Shown here one piece after another: positions 21,934 through 30,103 of a stretch of DNA of 64,000 nucleotides (its first letter is position 1; every line of letters starts with the position of its first letter). The DNA is from an uncultured Ectothiorhodospiraceae bacterium (GTDB lineage: Bacteria; Pseudomonadota; Gammaproteobacteria; SZUA-152): the NCBI GenBank assembly GCA_964401355.1, contig CAYNYJ010000002.1, positions 6,116-70,115 of the forward strand, given 5' to 3'. Below the pieces are notes generated by a model, which had not been told where the DNA came from, did no database searches, and saw only the letters and a list, made by a program, of their open reading frames with translations. Both the position numbers and the translations under genes were made by a program.

Positions 21934-21962
21934 ACGACTAAATATTTAAGGAGTATTGAACC

Positions 21963-22259
21963 ATGGAAGTCAATGCCAACACGGCTATTAACAATTTGCC
22001 AATGCAAGCGGCATTTTTGGATAATCGTTATTTGCAACATTTAGCCATTAGTGACAACGGTTTTGTCTTTGATCCCACCACAGGCCAAAGTTTTACCATG
22101 AATGAGATTGGCGTTGAATTGCTTCGCTTGTTTCAACAAGAAAGCAATATCGACACCATTGTGAGCTTGCAATATAAAAAATATAAAGTCGATACACAGG
22201 AAATTGAACGAGACATCGTGGAATTTGCCAGTAGTCTCAATCGACATTTTTATCGATGA
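21963..22259 (+). CDS. PqqD-family protein (RiPP recognition element / peptide chaperone)
   Basis: TMNEIGVELLRLFQQESNIDTIVSLQ...ERDIVEFASSL aligns with Klebsiella PqqD (LNETAAAILELVDGRRDVAAIIAEL...DDDVVEFLQ). The product is 98 aa with a strong AAGGAG ribosome-binding site. Confidence 0.7.
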   Translation: MEVNANTAINNLPMQAAFLDNRYLQHLAISDNGFVFDPTTGQSFTMNEIGVELLRLFQQESNIDTIVSLQYKKYKVDTQEIERDIVEFASSLNRHFYR

Positions 22260-23320
22260 GCAGCGTATTAACGATGAACATAACTGTTGCTATAACGGGG
22301 ATGAATTCTCAACCCGACAACCCCGGGCCTGGGTTGGCTGTTGCCCGGTGTTTAAAGGAGTCTGCGGAATTTAACGGTCGAATTATCGGTCTGGGTTACG
22401 ATGCGTTGGATGCAGGAATTTACCATAGCGAATACTGTGACGCAGGTTATTTATTACCTTACCCATCCAGCGAAAGCTTTGAACATGTTGACCGATTGCA
22501 ATCAATTCACGAAAAGGAACACATTGACGTATTGATTCCCTGTCTGGATTCGGAGATGCCCGGGATGATTCGTTTGCTTCCCTTGTTTGAAAAGATGGGG
22601 ATAAAAACCTGCCTGCCAACGTTGGAACAGCTGACAATGCGTAATAAAAATCGCTTGTCGGAATTGCTTGGCGACGGAGAAATGTCCTATCCCGAATCAA
22701 TTGATATCATCAATGTTGAATTTTTTCAAGGCTGTGAAAAGCAGGGTTGGACATATCCGTTTGTCGTAAAGGGCGTATTTTACGACGCAAAAATTGTTCA
22801 TAACATTGCGCAGGGTATTGCCGCATTTAACGCAATTTCTACTCAATGGGGTTTTCCGATAATTGTTCAGAAGCTCGTGCGTGGGCAGGAATACAACGTC
22901 GTCGCATTAGGTAATGGAGAAGGTGGCCTGGCGGGTATGGTTATGATGAAAAAAATGATACTGACCGAAAAAGGAAAGGCCAGTGCTGGAGTCAGTGTTT
23001 ATGATGAAGGCCTGCATCGGGTCTGCCTTGAAGTCATGAAAACACTGCGTTGGAAAGGGCCGATAGAATTCGAAGTGATGCGTGACAAACTTGGTAAGTA
23101 TCACCTTATCGAGATTAATCCCAGATTTCCGGCTTGGGTATATTTAACTGCTGGGGTGGGACAAAACCTCCCCATCAAATTGTTGAAGCTTATAGCCGGT
23201 GAGTCTATATCTGAGCTTCCTTCAACAAAAGCTGGGGTTTTGTTTATTCGGCACGCAATGGATTTAATAGTGACGATTGCCTCATTTGAGGCGGTCGCTA
23301 TTGAAGGTGGAACATCATAG
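22256..23320 (+). CDS. ATP-grasp family ligase
   Basis: YHLIEINPRFPAWVY is the ATP-grasp Mg/ATP motif (compare IEVNPR). PFVVKGVFYDAKIV is a central-domain lysine motif. The start overlaps the pqqD-like stop (ATGA). Confidence 0.7.
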   Translation: MSSVLTMNITVAITGMNSQPDNPGPGLAVARCLKESAEFNGRIIGLGYDALDAGIYHSEYCDAGYLLPYPSSESFEHVDRLQSIHEKEHIDVLIPCLDSEMPGMIRLLPLFEKMGIKTCLPTLEQLTMRNKNRLSELLGDGEMSYPESIDIINVEFFQGCEKQGWTYPFVVKGVFYDAKIVHNIAQGIAAFNAISTQWGFPIIVQKLVRGQEYNVVALGNGEGGLAGMVMMKKMILTEKGKASAGVSVYDEGLHRVCLEVMKTLRWKGPIEFEVMRDKLGKYHLIEINPRFPAWVYLTAGVGQNLPIKLLKLIAGESISELPSTKAGVLFIRHAMDLIVTIASFEAVAIEGGTS

Positions 23321-23417
23321 TCGTCGTTTTCGTTCTATTTGTCAGTTTGATGCCCGAATCCAGCGAGTTTCGTTAGAGAAAGAAGAATTTAATATTTTAT
23401 TTTTATAGGTGTGTTTA

Positions 23418-24902
23418 ATGAAAAATAATATTTCGCAACAAGAAGGGCAAGGCCAGGCAGAAATCACTTGGAGTAAGCCATCAATACTTCCATTGAAAGA
23501 TGGGACTATTAATAAGTTTGGTTCCAGGCCGTATGCAGAGACGCAGAGCGAGGTCGATGGTGTTGTCATCAATGATCTAATTGAAAAATATGGTTCGCCG
23601 CTTTTCGTCATTTCCGAAAAGAAGCAGCGTGATAATGCGCGCCGAATTCAGCGAGCATTCAGTTCGCGTTATCCCCATGTCCAATTCGGTTGGTCCTACA
23701 AAACAAATTACCTGGATGCTGTCTGTAATGTTTTTCATCAGGAAGGATTGTGGGCAGAAGTTGTTTCTGAATTTGAATACCAAAAAGCAAGAAATCTAGG
23801 GGTTCCCGGGCATAAAATAATCTTTAATGGTCCACATAAATCCAGGGGGATTCTGGAACAGGCCATTGAAGAAGGTGCGCTCATTCATATTGATCATCTG
23901 GATGAACTATTTCTTATCGACACGATTTCAGCTGAAAAGAAAAAAATGGTTTCCGTTGCTATTCGTCTCAATTTCGATACGGGTTATACCGAAAATTGGG
24001 GTCGCTTCGGATTCAATATTGAATCGGGCCAAGCCTTTGATGCCGCAGTGCATATTTCGAATAGCCAACACCTTGAACTGGTTGGGCTGCATAGCCATAT
24101 TGGCACGTTCATTACTGATGGTCGTGCCTATGTCAGTCAAATTAAAATAATGTGCAAGTTTATGGATGAAGTGGAATTAAAAACAAATTGTTCCATTGAT
24201 TACATTGATATTGGCGGGGGCTTGGCTTCGATGAATTCTCTGCAAGGAGCTTATTTACCGCCAGAACAATATATTCCCAGTATTGAACAATATGCGACGT
24301 TAATTTGTGATGCCTTGTTAAAGGAGACGCGGTCACGCAATGCAAATAAAGATAAAGGTTTGTTGTTGATACTGGAAACAGGCCGGGCAATGATTGATGA
24401 TGCTGAAGTATTGATAACTTCCGTCGTTGCCAATAAGCAATTGCCGGATGGTCGTCGTGCTTCAATTATGGATGCTGGTTTAAACCTGTTATTTACCAGT
24501 TTTTGGTATGACCATAAGATAGTGCCGACCCGGGAATTGCCGGGAGTGGCAGAAGAAACCGTGCTTTATGGGCCGCTGTGCATGAACATCGATGTGGTGA
24601 GAAAAAGCATTAAATTGCCACCGATGAAAATAGGAGAGCCCATGGTGATCAAACAGGTCGGTGCTTATAACAATACACAATGGATGCAATTTATTGAATA
24701 TCGTCCGAATGTAGTCATGGTTCATGAAGATAAATCTGTGTCGATTGTCAGAGAGGCCGAAAATTTGCAAACAATGATTGCACAGGATCGGTTACCGGCT
24801 CATTTATCTGACCCTTTCGTAGAGGTTTCCAAAGGTAAGGCAGCGCTTGTCGCTGAGGCGACGTTGACGGAAGTTGTTTTGGTTGAGTCCAATTCTACGT
24901 AA
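23418..24902 (+). CDS. PLP-dependent decarboxylase, Orn/DAP/Arg decarboxylase family (fold type III, diaminopimelate-decarboxylase-like)
   Basis: SPLFVISEKKQRDNARRIQRAF...QFGWSYKTNYLDAVCNVFHQEGLWAEVVSEFEYQKA...IIFNGPHKS contains the PLP-lysine region and the conserved Gly-rich PLP-phosphate-binding motif IDIGGGL. Confidence 0.75.
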   Translation: MKNNISQQEGQGQAEITWSKPSILPLKDGTINKFGSRPYAETQSEVDGVVINDLIEKYGSPLFVISEKKQRDNARRIQRAFSSRYPHVQFGWSYKTNYLDAVCNVFHQEGLWAEVVSEFEYQKARNLGVPGHKIIFNGPHKSRGILEQAIEEGALIHIDHLDELFLIDTISAEKKKMVSVAIRLNFDTGYTENWGRFGFNIESGQAFDAAVHISNSQHLELVGLHSHIGTFITDGRAYVSQIKIMCKFMDEVELKTNCSIDYIDIGGGLASMNSLQGAYLPPEQYIPSIEQYATLICDALLKETRSRNANKDKGLLLILETGRAMIDDAEVLITSVVANKQLPDGRRASIMDAGLNLLFTSFWYDHKIVPTRELPGVAEETVLYGPLCMNIDVVRKSIKLPPMKIGEPMVIKQVGAYNNTQWMQFIEYRPNVVMVHEDKSVSIVREAENLQTMIAQDRLPAHLSDPFVEVSKGKAALVAEATLTEVVLVESNST

Positions 24903-27111
24903 ACCAGGGGCTGTTCCATTGCTAAAGACGAACTGGTGTCATTTTAAGGATATTGCCAAAGCTTATTCCGGCATTTTATTTTTGGAGCACCCCTTGGTTG
25001 GGGTATTGTTCATTGCACTGACTTTTTGGTCGCCGTTAACGGGTATGGCTGGACTGTTGTGCGCGCTGACAAGTATGTTGATATGTGTATTTTTAAAGCT
25101 GCCCCATATTGGTAGCAAAGCACATATTCTGAATAGTGTGTTGACGGGCTTATCACTGGGTGCCTTGTTTCAACTCAGTGGCCAGGCTTGGGCGTTTGTT
25201 ATTGTTGGCGGATTACTCACGACATTTTTGTCTATTCTGATGGCTGATATATTGTGGCGTCGAACAGGGCTGCCAGCCGTGTGTCTTCCCTTTATTGTGA
25301 GTGCTGCAATATTATCCCTGGTGGTCCGGGAATATGTACCGAGCACCGACTTTAGCGCGATTGGCTGGTTGACTGATGTCTGGATTCATCCCTGGGTGGA
25401 TTTATTTTTTAGAACCTTGTCCGCAACCCTATTTTCACCAAATCCTGTGATTGGGTTATTGGTGTTCATCGCTATCATTATTCAATCCCGTTACCTGGGG
25501 TTGCTAGCGATTGCTGGTTTTTCGTTGGGACTTTTTTTACTTAATATACTGTCTGGCAGTCATCCGACAGAATTTTATGTGTGGACGTGTTTTAACTTTG
25601 TTCTTACCGCATTGGCCGTGGGTGGAATTTATACTGTGCCTGATCGGAGCAGTTTTATTTATGCCATGTTTGGCGTATCGGTATCGGTATTCTTTGTTAT
25701 CGTGATACAAGATTTGATGCTGGTATATCATTTACCGGTCATGGCATTACCTTTTGTGGCCGCAACTTTATTGTGCATTGCTGTGCTTCAAAGACGTAGC
25801 AGTATGGAATCGCCGTGGTTGTGTGCCACTCCGGGGCTGCCGGAAAATGATTATGAGCAAAGACGCTTGGCGCGTACGCGATGTGGCGAACCTAACAGCA
25901 TCCCCTTGCTGTTACCTTTTTACGGCACCTGGAATGTGTATCAGGGTTTTGATGGCCGCCACACTCATAAGACGCCCTGGAATCATGCCGTTGATTTTTA
26001 CATTACTGAAAAAGGCTTAAGTTATTGTGCTCAAGGCTTTCGACTTGAGGATTACTATTGTTTTGGATTACCGATTATATCGCCGGTCTATGGTGAAGTG
26101 ATAGCAACCGCGGATTCGGTGTCTGACAATATTCCAGGCGCAGTTAACGTGGATGATAATTGGGGTAATTTTATCCTTATTTATTTGAGCACCGGGCATT
26201 GCATTATGTTGGCGCATCTCAAGCATTTAAGTATTAAAGTTAATGTGGGTGATCAGGTGACACCAAAAACGGAGTTGGCCGCTTGTGGTAATTCGGGGCG
26301 CTCACCGCAACCCCATTTACATATTCATTTGCAGAAAGATGCAGAGATTGGAAGTCCGACACAGTTATTCCACTTTTGCAGTGTTCTGGAAAATGTGGGG
26401 ATACAAAATACACACTATAAGCTGATCAGCAGACCCGTGGATAACGTCAATATTCAGGCCGCAGCTCATGCTCGGGGGTTGTCCAATATTCACCAACACC
26501 TCCCCGTGGGTCGCTATTTCACTTACAAGCTAATAGATCCGGAGACCAACGCCAGCAGCGTACGTCGCCTATTGGTGGAGGTGACGTTAATGGGCCAGTT
26601 CCGTTTGGTAAGTGACTCTGGTGCCAGTTCCGCTTTTGAGGAAGTCAATGGTGTACTTGCCTTTTATGACAGGCAAGGTCCAGCAGATCAATTATTGGAT
26701 ATGTTGTTACTGTCCTATGGTTTGACGCCATTAACAGAACTTGCGCAACAATGGCAGGATTCACCGTCGGTAAAATTGTTGCCGTTGCAGAGTGGGGAAA
26801 AAATATTGCTGGCATTCCGTTTCATTTTGGGTGTTGGGCTTGAGAGCCAATATCAGCGTCAGTGGGATTCTGCAAAGAATATGTGGGTACAACGCAGTAC
26901 TCATACATTGCGAATTGGCCCGCGTACTTTGGTGGCCGAAGCCGTTATAGAATTGGACCGGGCATTTGTCAGTAATGATATGACGTTGTCATTTAACGGT
27001 TGCACCTGGCGTGCACAATTATTGAATAATGGTTTAATAAAAGATCATGGTATACCGGGCTGGCGTAAACAGCATGTTGATGACGCTAGCTCAAACTTGT
27101 CGACGGTTTAG
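24874..27111 (+). CDS. Fusion protein: N-terminal urea-transporter (UT)-like polytopic membrane domain + C-terminal M23 (LytM/lysostaphin-type) metallopeptidase-like domain
   Basis: N-terminal YSGILFLEHPLVGVLFIALTFWSPLTGMAGLLCALTSML follows the UT-family pattern, and there are about 10 predicted TM helices. C-terminal WNHAVDF ... GNSGRSPQPHLHIHL matches the M23 HxxxD / HxH zinc-ligand motifs. Confidence 0.6.
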   Translation: MFWLSPILRKPGAVPLLKTNWCHFKDIAKAYSGILFLEHPLVGVLFIALTFWSPLTGMAGLLCALTSMLICVFLKLPHIGSKAHILNSVLTGLSLGALFQLSGQAWAFVIVGGLLTTFLSILMADILWRRTGLPAVCLPFIVSAAILSLVVREYVPSTDFSAIGWLTDVWIHPWVDLFFRTLSATLFSPNPVIGLLVFIAIIIQSRYLGLLAIAGFSLGLFLLNILSGSHPTEFYVWTCFNFVLTALAVGGIYTVPDRSSFIYAMFGVSVSVFFVIVIQDLMLVYHLPVMALPFVAATLLCIAVLQRRSSMESPWLCATPGLPENDYEQRRLARTRCGEPNSIPLLLPFYGTWNVYQGFDGRHTHKTPWNHAVDFYITEKGLSYCAQGFRLEDYYCFGLPIISPVYGEVIATADSVSDNIPGAVNVDDNWGNFILIYLSTGHCIMLAHLKHLSIKVNVGDQVTPKTELAACGNSGRSPQPHLHIHLQKDAEIGSPTQLFHFCSVLENVGIQNTHYKLISRPVDNVNIQAAAHARGLSNIHQHLPVGRYFTYKLIDPETNASSVRRLLVEVTLMGQFRLVSDSGASSAFEEVNGVLAFYDRQGPADQLLDMLLLSYGLTPLTELAQQWQDSPSVKLLPLQSGEKILLAFRFILGVGLESQYQRQWDSAKNMWVQRSTHTLRIGPRTLVAEAVIELDRAFVSNDMTLSFNGCTWRAQLLNNGLIKDHGIPGWRKQHVDDASSNLSTV

Positions 27112-27144
27112 CGATTGAACGGTTTATTTTTCTGAACAATAAAA

Positions 27145-28524
27145 ATGGAATTGGAGTTCATGTTTTACCCATCGATGACTATAAAAATGTACTGGTCCAT
27201 TTCTTCAGTCGGGTTTACGATAGCGTTATTGTTGCTCACAGTTAATCCAGCTCTGGCAATGGACATAGAAGAGATTTATGAACTGGCGCTGGAAACCGAC
27301 CATGTGATTCGGAAGGCAACAGCGATTCGTGCCGGTTCGCAAGAAGCTGTTCAGCAAAGCAGAGCCAGATTCTGGCCGAAAATGTCCGCCAGTACCCTTT
27401 ATACGCAAAACTCACAAGATCGCACTGTGCATGATTTTACCAATACCGTGCTTCTAAATAGTAAGCCTGAGTTTGCCAGTAGCGGCTACAGCATAAACAT
27501 TACCCAGCCCCTGTTTGATTACGATGCGATTGTTAATAATCAACAAGCGTGGGCGACACATGAATTGGCAGATGTTCAATACAATGAAACGGGTCATTTC
27601 CTGGTGCTGCGGGTTATTACCGCTTACATGGGGGTATTGTCTGCCAAACAAGGAATTCACTATCGCGAACTGGAAGTACAGGCGCTAAAAAAACAACTTG
27701 AGCGAATGGAGTACCGCTTGAATTTGGGTATTAGCGCAAAAATTGATGTCAGTGAGGCACAGGCTGGGTATGACCAGGCGTTGGCGAATCGCACCAGTGC
27801 CAGCATCCGTCTGTCTATTACCAATGAAGCCTTACGTCAAATTACGGGTCAGTTGCACGATAATCTTGATCCGCTCCAAGTTGCAGCATCTTTCAATATG
27901 CCAAATCCCAGTAATCTGACTTTTTGGATTAAAATGGCACATGAAAATAATTATCAACTTCAAATTGCACAATCCCAGCTTAAGCTGGCACAGATCGGGA
28001 TTAAAAAACAGGGTGCCTCACGTTTTCCTTATCTTTCACTGATAGCCACGTATAATTATTACAATAATCTGGCATTAGACTACGCTGGCGTTGAATTGGA
28101 AACGGGTTCCATTACGGCACGTTTGGATTGGGATTTCTATCAAGGCGGGTTGGTCAGTTCCCGCATTCGTCAAGCGAAATATTATAAAGATCAGGTTGAT
28201 ATTTCTCTGCAACAGCAGAAAAGTCTGGTGGAGCGACAAGTCCGTGATGCGTATTACATCCTGGTGGGTGGAGTGAATCGTATCGGTGAGTTGGAACAAT
28301 CCATAAAATCGCAAAAAGTGCTGTTGGAAGCAAACAAGGCTGGCTATGAAACGGGAGCCAGAACCAGTTTTGATGTTTTGAATGCGCGGACAAATCTATA
28401 CACTTTACGGAGAAAGCTGGCGCAAGCTCGACATGACCATGTATTACATCATGCTATTTTGAAATACCGCGCAGGCATGCTTGTGGTTGAGGACTTGGCA
28501 TACATCAACCAAAGCTTGGAATAG
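27145..28524 (+). CDS. TolC-family outer-membrane efflux channel
   Basis: N-terminal signal peptide, two repeated alpha-helical coiled-coil/beta-barrel halves of TolC/OMF topology, and a C-terminal YRAGMLVVEDL characteristic of outer-membrane factors. Confidence 0.7.
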   Translation: MELEFMFYPSMTIKMYWSISSVGFTIALLLLTVNPALAMDIEEIYELALETDHVIRKATAIRAGSQEAVQQSRARFWPKMSASTLYTQNSQDRTVHDFTNTVLLNSKPEFASSGYSINITQPLFDYDAIVNNQQAWATHELADVQYNETGHFLVLRVITAYMGVLSAKQGIHYRELEVQALKKQLERMEYRLNLGISAKIDVSEAQAGYDQALANRTSASIRLSITNEALRQITGQLHDNLDPLQVAASFNMPNPSNLTFWIKMAHENNYQLQIAQSQLKLAQIGIKKQGASRFPYLSLIATYNYYNNLALDYAGVELETGSITARLDWDFYQGGLVSSRIRQAKYYKDQVDISLQQQKSLVERQVRDAYYILVGGVNRIGELEQSIKSQKVLLEANKAGYETGARTSFDVLNARTNLYTLRRKLAQARHDHVLHHAILKYRAGMLVVEDLAYINQSLE

Positions 28525-28671
28525 GGTGCTTCAAATTTAGCCAATATTTCCCTGTGGTCTTGTTCGTGTTGGCGCGGCACGGCGAATTCATGACTCAGTT
28601 TCGGTCTGTTCGAAGACAGCAGGGGCTAATAACAGAAGGGTAGTCAATTCTCGGGTACTACATGACAGCGA

Positions 28672-28860
28672 TTAGATTTGTTCAGAAGCCTGCACCAGCC
28701 TGTTTTTTATTGTATTAAAAAGCTGTACGAACACTTTGTCTAGGTGTTCCTTGTTCATATTTTTCGGCTTGGTGTGCCCCCGTTGACGTAAGGCCATTGT
28801 GTTTTTGAGCTTGGAAATGTGACTGGAGTGCAGAGCCCGTTCACCGGAAGAAAAATACAC
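28672..28860 (-). CDS. Small basic hypothetical protein (62 aa)
   Basis: ORF only; Lys/His-rich. Confidence 0.25.
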   Translation of the reverse strand: MYFSSGERALHSSHISKLKNTMALRQRGHTKPKNMNKEHLDKVFVQLFNTIKNRLVQASEQI

Positions 28861-29341
28861 AGAAATATTTCTTGAGGCATGACGGGCTAGCGAGTTGCGC
28901 GAGTCTTTTTTCAGGATTTTATTATCTATATCCGGGGCTATTCAAGGAATTAAGTCGCTGCAAATACGCTAATTTTGGTGTCTTCGTGGGGAAACTGATT
29001 TATTGCCTGCTTGCTGAAAATAGCGCGGGAAACGGCTGCCGTGGATTCGTGCGGTATACCAAAATGAGGGGCTGCGCGGAGTATAATTGGGTTAACGTTG
29101 AGTTTAAAATCGGTTGTTCAAAAACAGGCATTCCAAAAAAAACAAGAAAGGAACCCTATAAAACTGCTGATAGAGTTCCTTTCCATCTTTTTTACGTGGG
29201 GTTTTAAGCCACATAGGTGTAAAGCTACATGCGAAAAGCAGAATGTAGGTTACACAGGCGTTGCTTTCGCAACAACATCCGTTACCAGATGCAGACTACA
29301 CGAGTGTGTAGCAGTATAGTTTGTTTAGCTTGAGAGTCGGC

Positions 29342-29491
29342 TTACATGCCGCCGCCCATGCCTCCAGCGCCCATACCGGCACCCATGCCGCCGCCCATGC
29401 CGCCGCCCATGCCGCCCATACCCATTCCGCCCATGCCGCCTCTGCCACCCATGCCGCCTCGACCACCACCCATTCCACCCATTCCACCCAT
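29342..29491 (-). CDS. Gly/Met-repeat peptide (49 aa: [49 protein letters not shown]; 59 aa if the upstream ATG at 29521 is used)
   Basis: Hand-translated on the minus strand; it is missing from the ORF track because it is under 60 aa. A strong GGAGG Shine-Dalgarno sits 8 nt upstream of the internal ATG. The peptide is composed almost exclusively of (G)GM repeats. Confidence 0.5.
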   Translation of the reverse strand: MGGMGGMGGGRGGMGGRGGMGGMGMGGMGGGMGGGMGAGMGAGGMGGGM

Positions 29492-30103
29492 GATAGAACC
29501 TCCAAAGTAGTTGTATTGCATTTACATGGTTGGCCAACGTCATGTACAGGATGCCCAGTATTTTGATGCTGACTAAAATACCGTGGTATCAACAGTACGT
29601 GCAGTTAGCACGAAATCAAGCAGAAACAACTCTGGTTGATCCCATTGTCTGCCACAACTGCGGCGGACAACGTCGAAAAAAGTAACAGAGTGATCATTTA
29701 TTGTCAATTTAAAGGATGGAGGTCAGCAGTGAAAATAAGGGTTGTAACTTATTGATTTTTAAAGATGATAAGAATTTTTCTTTGTAGATATCGCTGATGA
29801 TACTGAGTTAAATAGCAATATTACGCATAAGAAATAGTCTGTATAGGTAATTTATTACCGCAAACATGTTTTTTGGTAATTAATAACAATATATTGTAAG
29901 CGTTAATGTTCGCATGTCTGGCGAGTATTTCAGAAAAAGTGATTTATGCATCAACCGGGTGCATTGTGATGTGATTGATGCGGACATTTTTGCAAGCCCG
30001 TGTTATGTGCTTGTTTTATGACATAATCGTTTCGCCGATGTGTTTGTTAACGGACGCTTAACGGTGGCATTGAGCCAAAAAAATAAAAAAAGGATTTTGT
30101 CAT

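Noticed and set aside
29321-29566. 81-aa plus-strand His/Ala-rich ORF
   Set aside because: It starts with TTG and has no ribosome-binding site. The complementary strand has an ATG with a perfect GGAGG Shine-Dalgarno and encodes the Gly/Met peptide. It is kept only as an alternative
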